Of a DNA stretch of 64,000 nucleotides, positions 9,435-19,000 are shown piece after piece. Numbering within the stretch: the first letter of the stretch is position 1; each line of letters begins with the position of its first letter. The DNA is from a virus. Location: the IMG/VR virus record IMGVR_UViG_3300045988_151684, positions 1 through 64,000 of that record. One strand, written 5' to 3'. The translations under genes were made by a program, and so were the position numbers. The notes under the pieces were generated by a model. That model worked only from the letters and a program-made list of their open reading frames with translations, ran no database searches and had not been told where the DNA came from.

Positions 9435-9976
9435 AAATGGCACTTACAGAGAATCAGCTGCAGAACTTGCCGACGAACCCCGACCAGAGCGTTGCAGAGC
9501 TCGGCAAAGATAGTCTGCTCTATATTGATGGCGGTACGAATTCGAAGCCGGACTGGAAGCTCGTCGGCGGTCAGCGAAATTCGCCGATTAACCAGTCGGC
9601 TACGAGCATCGATGCATCGCATAAGACGAGCGGCGGCTGGGCTACAAACCTCGCCGGCATCAAATCGTGGACATGTGCTTATACTGGCCTGCTGATTATG
9701 TCAGACGATGGCCTGCAGGTATTGGAGCATTGCTTCCGCAACGACAAACAGGCTCACGTCAAATTCGTCTATAAAGACGGTTCGTATCAGACGGGCTGGG
9801 CGGCAGTTACGCAGTTCAATAAAGATACGAACTACACGTCAGTGGCAACGGTTAGCGTAACGCTTTCTGGTGTTGGTGCAATCAGTGAAGTTACGGCCGC
9901 AATGACTACACCAACTACGGGCGGAGAGTCTACTGGCGGCACGACTTCCAGTGGCAAAACGACGGGCAATCCCTGA
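9431..9976 (+). CDS. major tail protein
   Basis: RBS AAGGAGGA; position before chaperones and TMP; homolog of 46176..46760. Confidence 0.7.
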   Translation: MKMALTENQLQNLPTNPDQSVAELGKDSLLYIDGGTNSKPDWKLVGGQRNSPINQSATSIDASHKTSGGWATNLAGIKSWTCAYTGLLIMSDDGLQVLEHCFRNDKQAHVKFVYKDGSYQTGWAAVTQFNKDTNYTSVATVSVTLSGVGAISEVTAAMTTPTTGGESTGGTTSSGKTTGNP

Positions 9977-9999
9977 TTTGTGAGAAAGGAGATAATAAA

Positions 10000-10353
10000 A
10001 TGAAGAAAGCAACGACGTTTGAAGTAGGTGGAAAGCAGTACACTTTCCTCTTTACCAATCGCTCGTTGGCAATGATGGAGCGGTCGATTGGCCGCTCCAT
10101 TTTGTCGATTATGAGCAGCGGACAGTTGGAAATAATGCAGGCTATGACGATTTCGACGATAGCGGCAGGCGTAAAATACGGTTTACAGGAACTTGGCGAT
10201 AAGGATGCCTACGATGTTATCGATGAAATCTGTGACGCTGGTGGTTCGATTGATGTGATTGCGGCAAATCTCATTTCGTCCTTGCTTGCTACCGGGCTTT
10301 TTACCAGGGGGACGGCTCCCGAGATAAAAGCCGACAAAGTGGCGAAACAGTAA
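10000..10353 (+). CDS. tail assembly chaperone (G-like)
   Basis: RBS AAGGAGA; directly upstream of TMP. Confidence 0.6.
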   Translation: MKKATTFEVGGKQYTFLFTNRSLAMMERSIGRSILSIMSSGQLEIMQAMTISTIAAGVKYGLQELGDKDAYDVIDEICDAGGSIDVIAANLISSLLATGLFTRGTAPEIKADKVAKQ

Positions 10354-10667
10354 AATCGTTCGAGGAATGGTACGAAAAAGCTGAGGATATCGCGTATCGC
10401 ATCGGAATCAAGCCTGCAGAGCTTGATGATATGCAACCGAGAGAGCTCTATAAGATGATGGACGCCTATCGGGAACGCAATAAGGATGAGGATAGAAAGC
10501 GTGCATATCTCACAACGTGGATAGTCAATCCACATCTAAGAGAGCCGGTTAAACCGGATGATATCTTCAATCCGATGTACTATTCTGCAGAAGAAATAGA
10601 GAAAATGAAGCAAGAGAAAGCAAAATCGGACTTAAAATACTTAGAATCGTTCAAAGAAAAGGGGTGA
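10320..10667 (+). CDS. tail assembly chaperone -1 frameshift extension (GT-like C-terminal part)
   Basis: -1 frame is open from ~10290 through 10667 overlapping the end of 10000..10353; classic G/GT arrangement upstream of TMP; slippery site not pinpointed. Confidence 0.45.
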   Translation, partial: RDKSRQSGETVKSFEEWYEKAEDIAYRIGIKPAELDDMQPRELYKMMDAYRERNKDEDRKRAYLTTWIVNPHLREPVKPDDIFNPMYYSAEEIEKMKQEKAKSDLKYLESFKEKG

Positions 10668-10673
10668 CATATT

Positions 10674-13600
10674 TTGGCTACAATATCCGAGCTGTTAATC
10701 AAGATTGGTGCTGATAATTCGGGCCTGTCGAAGGCATTGGACAATACCAAGCAGCAGATTGATTCGACATTTAAAGATGTGTCACCGCTTAATGAGATGC
10801 AAGGCGCGTTAACCGGCACGACGAACAAAGTTGAAGCCTTGCTGGGCTCATTCACGAAGTTTGCGGCAATGGCAGCGGGCGGTTTCGGCATGACGTCACT
10901 GATTTCGGCATCAGTTGAAGCTGGAGAAAGCCTTTATCAGCTTCAGCGGAGGCTAGGCGTTACCACAGCTGAGGCGGGAGAATTTAAGAAAATCCTCGCG
11001 CTCACAGGTGGTGATGCGGATACCGCGTCCGTTGCTATCATGCGAATGGATAAAAATATCAGTGGCTCGTCGGAATCGGCTAAGAAAGCCAAGGCTATCT
11101 TTGAAGCTGTTGGCGTTTCCATGACGGACCAAAACGGCAAGCTCCTGCCGGTCAACAAACAGCTTGAACAATTGGCTGAGGGCTATCGAAAGGCCACTGA
11201 AGCGGGGTACGGGCAGGAATTCATTATGAATACGCTGGGGTCCCGCGGTATGGCCTTGACCAAAACGCTGCAGAATTTTGCTGAAGCGAAAGAAAACGCT
11301 GCCAAGGTGCAGAGTAATGGGCTGATTGACCCCGAGGAAATGCATAAGCTCGACCAAGAGATGAAGGTCATAAATATGCAGCTCGGTCAGCTCAAAACGG
11401 CGGGCGGTGCGGCTTTTGCTCCGATTGCTAAAGAATTCCTGCCGGTTATCTTGACCGGTTTGCAGGACACGGCCAAGTTTATCAAAGAGAATTGTGCGGC
11501 GATCAAGGAGACGACAAAAGATGTTGTGGCATTGATTGCCGTCTATAAGTCCCTGCAAGCGGCCCGTGCTATTGCTATGAAAGTCAACCATGTCGTTGGT
11601 GGCCTGACAGACCATACTGAAGAACTCAAGGCAAATGAATCCAAGGAAACAGAGCTGACAGCGCAACAGGAGCGGGCCATTGCTCGACGTATCAAGAATA
11701 TCGAGAAGCAATCCATCGCTGAAGAACGTGCTTATGCTAAAAGCGTAGCTAAAATGGAGGTTTCCGAAGAGGAAAAATCCAAGCTGATTGCCAAGCATAT
11801 CGTCCAGCGCGAGAAGTTGGCCGCCGAAGCGGCAGAACGTGAACGCCTCATCATGACGGAAATGTTCGCGAAAATCAACGCTGAGCGTCAGATTTCCGTG
11901 GCGAAAGCGGCGACGGCATACTCCGAAAATGCTACAGCGGCGCAGGCAGCATACACACGAATAGTGGCGGCTAATACGAAAGCGGCAGCATCGGCCAATG
12001 AAATTGTTATTGGCAATGCCAGGGCGGCACAGAGTGAGGCGGCGAAAGCAGCGGCGTCCGTAACGGCATCCAGTACGATTGTAGCCAGCAACACGGCGGC
12101 TAAAGCGGCTATTGTTGAAACGACAGTAGCACAGGATGCCCTCACGGCGTCCGAGGTTATTACAGGCGATACTGCCGTTGTACAGGGAGAACGCAAAGTA
12201 GCATCGGAGGCGGCAGCCAAGGCGGCAGTCGTAGAAACTACGGTAGCGCAGGATGCCCTTACGGCGGCTGAGGTTGTCACTGGCAATACGGCAGTTGTGC
12301 AGTGTTCCCGTACAGCCGAAGCATGTGCCGTGGTTACAGGTGCGGTCGGCAGACTAACCAGCGCAGTATGGGCATTGGAACAAGGTTGGTGGGGCGTGTT
12401 CGCCGCGGTAGTGGCAGTAATAAACCTATCTGCACAAAGAAGTACAACAATCGGTCAAAATATCGGCAATCAATACACCTCACTAAGCACAGGCCGGACA
12501 GCTAAGTTTGAAAATGGGAAATTTGTACGAGTAACTGATGAAAGTAATGACATATCACAATCGGTCGTCGCGGCCATGCCGAGTAGAGACGACTATGACG
12601 AAGAAGGTATGGGGGATGACGTACTTGATCCTGATAGTACCGACCTTGAGCGATATGGTGGTACCAATGCAACAGAAGGTGCTGGCGCGCCCAGTCCTGG
12701 CCCTACTTATACGGTTGATGATTTGACAGAGGCTGAACAAGCAGAAGCCTTTGGTAAATCGGAGTTTGGTAAGCAACAGGTATTAGCCGAGCAACAGGCC
12801 GCTGCTGAAGCCGCCGCTGCTGAAGCCCAACGCCAGCAAGAAGAAGCAATGAGGAATCTATTTGCCTCTACCGGCAATGTTATGGGTGCGGGCGGTGGCG
12901 CAGGCGGCGGTGGTGGTTCGTCAAGTGGCGGGGCCGCACCGGCACCCGTTGAGTATGACGTACCGATCGGCGAATATGTCGCACAGGTGGCAACGGAGAA
13001 CTTCCAGCAGGGGGATCAATGGCGCGGCACGCTTGGCAATGATGTAGCAGGCTGGTGTGATGACTTCACGCATGAGGTTTATAAACAGGTTTTTGAGTCC
13101 CTTGGGCGAGCCGATCCGTTCGATGGTGTTGTCAATGACGATGACTTCAAAGCGGCAGGTGCTTATCACGATGGTTCTCTTTCGGAAATCCGTGCTCAGC
13201 TTCAGCCGGGTGATTTGATTGACACACCGGGACATGTCGGTATCTATATTGGTAATGGTATGGTCCGTTCTCGTCAATCTTCGGCGGGGATTAATGACTT
13301 GTCTCTAGATGATTTTGATTCGACCTTTGGCGGTATCATCGGTTTTGGCTCCATCGCCGAAGCATCGGGCGGCCAGACTGTAAAGTCAAGTCAGATTCAT
13401 GGGGATGGTGCGACGCGAGAAGCACAGGAAGCCGCTCGGGCTCTTGCTAATGCACGAAAAGAAGCTACTGCATTGATGCAGACCATGAGGGATGCTGTAC
13501 AAGCAAATGACGGACCCGAATATCAGACCAACATGATAAAAAACATCGAGGACGTCATGCGGAAGAAACAGCAAATCAATAAGATTGCCGCTACGCCTGG

Positions 13601-14690
13601 CATTGACCAGCAAACTGTTGATTCTCTGAACAAGGAACTCGAAAAATATGCCAAATCGATTGACAAGAAGGTTAAAAAGAAATGGCGCGAAGCATTCCAA
13701 GAAATGAAAGACGCTGCATCAGTGGCTCATGCACAGGTTAAGCATGATTATGAGGCGTTTGCTGATGCGGAATTCCGTACGACGCTACATAAGCTTGATA
13801 AAGAGCGTGAAGCGAAAGAAAAAGCCCTCATGAAGGATAAGAAGGACACAGAAGCTCGTGCAGTTATTAATGATTGGTATCATGCACAGGTTGAAGCAGC
13901 TTTAGAAAAGCGCAATAAGTCACGACAGGAGGCCCATGAGAAATATATCAATTGGCTGGCCGAGGAGGGCAGGCTTGAGCAGATTATTGCTGACCTGAAC
14001 ACAGAAACCAGCTCGAAAAAAATGGTAAATTCCATTGATATTGCTGGTCAGAAGAAGCTGGCTCAGACGTATGTAAGTATATGGAAAGATGCTCATGGTT
14101 CGATGTCAAGCTATATCGCGGATGTATCCACATCGGTATATAGTTCGCTCACGGATTCCATGACGGAATTCATTCGCGGCGCCAAATCTGCTAAAAGTGT
14201 ATTACAGGATTTTACGAACTCCATCCTCCAATCAATGGCTAAAATCGCGGCCCAGCGACTGGCAGCTTCGTGGATGACGGAACTGCTTGGGGCGTTCAGC
14301 AGCACACGAAAGAGCGGATTTACCCTTGGAACCGGGGAAAAGCTGGATCCATCATTCGGATATACCGGATCAGTGGTGACGGGGTTTACCAAGTTTGCAA
14401 AGGGCGGTATTGTCACAGCTCCGACCTTGGCTATGATTGGTGAAGCGGGAGAAAACGAAGCGGTCATTCCGCTGAATCATGAAAATTTATCCGCTATGGG
14501 CGGAAGGTCGAAAAGCGGCGGAATGGTGGTGAATATCACGAATAAAACAGACAGTAAAGTCAGCGTGCAGAGTTCCAGCTACGATGAGGGTCTTGAAAAG
14601 TGGGTGCTGGATGTCGTGGTAGATGGAGCGTCCCGTAACCGGGGCGGCTTTGGTACGAATCTGAAAACGGCTTTGGGAGGTCAGGCATAA
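10674..14690 (+). CDS. tail tape measure protein with embedded NlpC/P60-like peptidase domain, Gly-rich linker and 41-aa tandem repeat
   Basis: 1338 aa, coiled-coil rich; WCDDFT...GHVGIYIGNG Cys/His motifs near aa 770-870; 123-nt direct repeat at ~12096 and ~12219. Confidence 0.9.
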   Translation: MATISELLIKIGADNSGLSKALDNTKQQIDSTFKDVSPLNEMQGALTGTTNKVEALLGSFTKFAAMAAGGFGMTSLISASVEAGESLYQLQRRLGVTTAEAGEFKKILALTGGDADTASVAIMRMDKNISGSSESAKKAKAIFEAVGVSMTDQNGKLLPVNKQLEQLAEGYRKATEAGYGQEFIMNTLGSRGMALTKTLQNFAEAKENAAKVQSNGLIDPEEMHKLDQEMKVINMQLGQLKTAGGAAFAPIAKEFLPVILTGLQDTAKFIKENCAAIKETTKDVVALIAVYKSLQAARAIAMKVNHVVGGLTDHTEELKANESKETELTAQQERAIARRIKNIEKQSIAEERAYAKSVAKMEVSEEEKSKLIAKHIVQREKLAAEAAERERLIMTEMFAKINAERQISVAKAATAYSENATAAQAAYTRIVAANTKAAASANEIVIGNARAAQSEAAKAAASVTASSTIVASNTAAKAAIVETTVAQDALTASEVITGDTAVVQGERKVASEAAAKAAVVETTVAQDALTAAEVVTGNTAVVQCSRTAEACAVVTGAVGRLTSAVWALEQGWWGVFAAVVAVINLSAQRSTTIGQNIGNQYTSLSTGRTAKFENGKFVRVTDESNDISQSVVAAMPSRDDYDEEGMGDDVLDPDSTDLERYGGTNATEGAGAPSPGPTYTVDDLTEAEQAEAFGKSEFGKQQVLAEQQAAAEAAAAEAQRQQEEAMRNLFASTGNVMGAGGGAGGGGGSSSGGAAPAPVEYDVPIGEYVAQVATENFQQGDQWRGTLGNDVAGWCDDFTHEVYKQVFESLGRADPFDGVVNDDDFKAAGAYHDGSLSEIRAQLQPGDLIDTPGHVGIYIGNGMVRSRQSSAGINDLSLDDFDSTFGGIIGFGSIAEASGGQTVKSSQIHGDGATREAQEAARALANARKEATALMQTMRDAVQANDGPEYQTNMIKNIEDVMRKKQQINKIAATPGIDQQTVDSLNKELEKYAKSIDKKVKKKWREAFQEMKDAASVAHAQVKHDYEAFADAEFRTTLHKLDKEREAKEKALMKDKKDTEARAVINDWYHAQVEAALEKRNKSRQEAHEKYINWLAEEGRLEQIIADLNTETSSKKMVNSIDIAGQKKLAQTYVSIWKDAHGSMSSYIADVSTSVYSSLTDSMTEFIRGAKSAKSVLQDFTNSILQSMAKIAAQRLAASWMTELLGAFSSTRKSGFTLGTGEKLDPSFGYTGSVVTGFTKFAKGGIVTAPTLAMIGEAGENEAVIPLNHENLSAMGGRSKSGGMVVNITNKTDSKVSVQSSSYDEGLEKWVLDVVVDGASRNRGGFGTNLKTALGGQA

Positions 14691-15058
14691 TGACAGACAT
14701 ATATACTTTACCGGATATCGGTGAGCCAAATCTTCCTGTCTCGTCGAACTGCGGGGATAGCTACAAAGTAAAGAGCCAGGACAGCACTATCAGCACGACG
14801 TCGGACGCACACTACAAGCATACCAGGCCACGAACCACGCGCATGATACGCATTTGGACGTTTGCCTGGGTGGGCATGAAGCAGGAAAAATATGATCTGC
14901 TGATGGATTTTTGGTCAAAAGTAGGGACATTCCAATCGTTCAGCTGGAAAAACTGGATGGACGGCAAGACCTATCTGGTACGCTTTAGCGGCGCGTTTGA
15001 GTGGCAGGAGAATTATCCCTATGGCTGGCAGGGCTCGCTGTCATTTGAGGAGGTATAA
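14690..15058 (+). CDS. minor tail protein (lambda gpM-like)
   Basis: size and position after TMP, ATGA start overlap. Confidence 0.55.
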   Translation: MTDIYTLPDIGEPNLPVSSNCGDSYKVKSQDSTISTTSDAHYKHTRPRTTRMIRIWTFAWVGMKQEKYDLLMDFWSKVGTFQSFSWKNWMDGKTYLVRFSGAFEWQENYPYGWQGSLSFEEV

Positions 15059-15060
15059 GC

Positions 15061-15648
15061 GTGTTCAAGTTTTCTAAGATAGCCACACTCGAAAAAAACA
15101 AGCTCTCGACCGATGCGCCATTCCTCGTATGTATCGAGATGAAAAATGACATGCTGGATGAGCCTGTCCGGCTGGTTCGCAACACGGAAGATATCACATG
15201 GAATAAAAGCACATGGTACGCTTATCCGGTGGAGGTTGAAAACTATACGGAGGATGGCAAGACACTGCCAGCGCTCAATCTGAAAGTGTCAGCTGGCGGC
15301 GGTACGCTCGTAACCTACCTGCAGAAATACAACGGTCTGGCTGATTCTATAGTGAACTTGTACATCATCAACGCCAAGCTGCTTGGCGCCAGCACACCGG
15401 AGATGGAGCTGGCTTTTCAGGTGACATCGACCAGTTATGACGAGCAGTGGATTACATTTACACTGGGACCGTCGCCGGAGCTGGCGAACCGTTTCCCGGC
15501 TTGGCGGTATCTGACCGATTTCTGTCCATTTGTTTGCGGAGATATCCGCTGCGGCTATCAGGGAACCAAAACCTGCCAGAACAATCTGGCGTCCTGCCTG
15601 ATACCGGAACGGTTCGGCGGGGAACCGGGCATCCAGACGGGGAGATGA
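15061..15648 (+). CDS. minor tail protein (lambda gpL-like) with C-terminal Cys cluster
   Basis: position; FCPFVCGDIRCGY..TC...LASC resembles gpL Fe-S cysteines. Confidence 0.6.
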   Translation: MFKFSKIATLEKNKLSTDAPFLVCIEMKNDMLDEPVRLVRNTEDITWNKSTWYAYPVEVENYTEDGKTLPALNLKVSAGGGTLVTYLQKYNGLADSIVNLYIINAKLLGASTPEMELAFQVTSTSYDEQWITFTLGPSPELANRFPAWRYLTDFCPFVCGDIRCGYQGTKTCQNNLASCLIPERFGGEPGIQTGR

Positions 15649-15652
15649 TATC

Positions 15653-16051
15653 ATGTTTACCTATATCGATTTGATCGGCGTGCCATATCAGGATGGTGGC
15701 CGTGATGAAAAAGGAATGGACTGTTGGGGACTGGCAAGGGAGCTGTTTCGGCGGCAGGGGTATACCTTGCCGCTTTATCCGATTGATCCGCGGGATCCAA
15801 AGAAAGTGGATGCGACAGCGCACCGCGTTCTCTCGGCGTGGTGGAAACTATCCGTACCCACTGTTGGATGTTTGGTTCTGCTGAAGCTCTCTACAGGATT
15901 ATGGGCCAATCATGTAGGCATTTATATTGGCAGCGGACGGTTTATTCATGCCTATAGCGGTGCCGGTGTATGTATAGATCGTCTGCGTCGATGGCAGTCA
16001 AGAATTGCTGGCTATTATATGCCGGGAGGTAGAAATGGTACAGATAATTGA
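15653..16051 (+). CDS. tail tip NlpC/P60 family protein (lambda gpK-like)
   Basis: GMDCWGL ... NHVGIYIGSGRFIHA catalytic Cys/His motifs. Confidence 0.75.
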   Translation: MFTYIDLIGVPYQDGGRDEKGMDCWGLARELFRRQGYTLPLYPIDPRDPKKVDATAHRVLSAWWKLSVPTVGCLVLLKLSTGLWANHVGIYIGSGRFIHAYSGAGVCIDRLRRWQSRIAGYYMPGGRNGTDN

Positions 16052-19000
16052 GATACAGAACCCTTTTGAGCCAGAAAAGTGTGAGTATAAGGACCTGTAT
16101 TGTACGGGCGGCAGATTGCCGGAATACATTGCCGTTGAGGGGCGGGATGTTTATATTGACGGAAAGTGCGTGGAACAGCCGGAGAAGGTCACGCCGACTG
16201 ACGAGATGCAGATTCTCGTCACTCCACATATTGCAGGACATGGTCTAAAGCGCATCCTCGGCTTTGCAGCTATGATTGCACTGTCCGTCTATTCCGCCAA
16301 CATCGCGGGCGGCTTGTGGGCCAAAGCCGGAAGCTTTTTCGCCAAGGGGGCGATTGGTTCCGTTCTGGCATCCGGGGCAGTGATGTTCCTCGGCGGTAAA
16401 GTCATCAATGCGATATTCCCTCAGCAGTCGCCGTCTCTGAGCTGGAATGACCGCCAGTCATCGCAGACCTACGGCTGGGACCTGCCAACGCCAACTACGG
16501 TGGCAGGCAATATCATCGGCGAGACATACGGCGAATGTATTCCGGCCCCGCAGCTTTTAGAGCAGCATGTCGAGACGGTCAATGATAAGCAGTATCTGAA
16601 TCTGCTCTACTGCGGCGGCTACGGCCAGGTCGATGAGATCAAGGACATCCGCATCGACTACACCGATATATCGAATTTCAACGAAGTACAGATTGAAACG
16701 CGCCTCGGCACGAACGACCAGAAGCCGATATCGTTCTTCAAGAACACTCCGCTTGACCAGTCGGTCGGCATCGAGCTCTTGAAGGATTCGGTGATTTCCC
16801 GCACGTCAGACAGTACAAAGGCAACTGCGCTGGACGTAACGCTGGAATGGCCGGCAGGACTCTATCATATGAACGATAACGGTTCTTATGGCAATGCGAC
16901 GGTGAAGTTAAGGATAGAATACCGTCTGCGCGGTGAGACTAATTGGAATAATTTCCACCGCAATAGCGACGACTATGTATACGAAGTGACCGGAGCCACG
17001 AATGAAGCCCTTCGGCGTACTTTCAGCGTTACCGGGCTCACGGCCGGTCAGTACGAGGTGCGGGTGTCGATGGTAGACAAGCCCTCTACCTCGCGCTATC
17101 AGAGTATGACACAGTGGTCGATACTGACGTCTTACGTTGACGGCATTTACTGCCGGCCGGGCAAGGTACTCGTAGCGCTGCGCATCAAAGCCAGCAATCA
17201 GCTATCAGGCGGTGTTCCGTCGCTGAACTGGCGGCAGGTACGCAAGACGGTATGGGTACACAACCCGGAAACGGATACCTACGAAGAAAAGCCGGCAGAC
17301 AATCCGATATGGGCCACCTACGATATCCTGCACGGCTGCAGACGGCTGAAAAATGTCCATACTGGCGCATATGAATTTACAGTGGCAGGCTATCCGGCCG
17401 ACTGCTTAGATGCGTATTACGAGCAATGGACGGAAGCGGCTGCTTATGCAGATGAAGAGATCACCAATCAGGACGGAGAAAAAGAACCGCGCTTCCGGTT
17501 TGATGCGTTCTATGATACTAGTCAGAAACGCTGGAACGCGGCACAGAAGGCCGCGAATGTCGGTCACGCGGCCATTATCCCGCATGGGCGCAACATCGGC
17601 ATTGTCGTGGATAAGCCGGGGCAGATCACACAGGTATTCGGCGAGGGCCGTACCACGGTTTCCTCGGTCAAGGGTTCCTTCTCGGCGACTGCTGACCGCG
17701 CCAAGGCGATAGAGATCACCTATAACGATAGCCAGAACGATTTCAAAAACACCGTCATGACAGTACGGTCACCAAACTACAATACCGACCACGCGAGCGA
17801 CAACACGTCCCAGATGACGCTGTTCGGCGTGAAGCGGCGGTCACAGGCGTACCGTGAGGCTATTACGGCTCTTGCGACAAACGAGAGACAGCTGCAGTTT
17901 ATCGAGCTGTCGGCGGATATCGATGCCATCGTGGCGGAGTACGGAGATATTGTCGGCTATAACCACACGGTAAGCCGGATCGGCATAGCGTCGGGGCGCA
18001 TCAGGGCGGCGACAGAAACCACGGTTAGGCTGGATAAGGCCGTGACCATGGTTGATGGCAAAGACTATGAAATTTATATCACGCTTTCAGATGATACGGT
18101 GGTAAAGCGTCAGGTAGTAGCAAAAGCCGGGACTGTCGATACTATTACGGTGTCAGTGCCATTTGACGAAGTGCCGCAGACGTTTGACACCTACGCATTC
18201 GGCGAGACGGATAAGGCAGTAAAGCCGTTCCGCATCGTCAATGCGAGCCGCGACGGCGATATGTTGGTCAGCCTGAAGCTGGCCGAGTATGACGAGGCAA
18301 TGTATTCAACAGAACTGGACTACAGCCGCTATCCGGTTATCGATTACAGCAATTCGCCGACAGCGGCGACGGTCAAGGCTGTCACGGCCAAAGAGCAGAG
18401 CTATCTCAATGGCCGCTCGTCCGTGTCGGACCTCCTTGTGAACTGGACGCTTTCAGGCGGCACGCCGCCGGATAGCTATACTGTCGATTGTATCAGCCGG
18501 GACTCGGCGTTTACCCAGACGATCAATACGCGTATGACCTCTTGTCTTTTCCACGCTGTAAAGCCCGGCGAAACGTATGACATTATCGTGCACAGTGTCC
18601 TGGACGCAGTGACAATCGGGAACACGGCAACCTATATCCATGTTGCCGGTCATGCGGTTCCGGGGGAGAATGTTTCCCATCTTACCGCAATGCCGGTTGT
18701 CGGAGGACTGCGGCTCACATGGTCGCCGACCGGCGAGTACGGGGCAGTTGGATACAATGTGTATCGCGGCGCCAAAGGCGCGGACCTGTCAAAGTGCGAG
18801 CTCATTGCGAAAGGGATTACCGGCATGGTACTGGATGATCCACGAGATAGTGTTGGAGAATGGCAGTATTACGTCAGCGCGGTAAGCAGCAGCGGGGCAC
18901 TGATGGGAAACGCTGTCACGACACTCGGTCAGATAACAGCGCCGGGTGCGGTCAAAGGGGCCACAGCGCGAAGCATCTATCGCCGCTATAATGATGGCTC

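Noticed and set aside
11888-12286. 132-aa Ala-rich ORF on minus strand inside the tape measure gene
   Set aside because: Antisense to a strongly supported 1338-aa TMP, low complexity, no RBS. It is an artefact of GC/Ala-rich repeat sequence.
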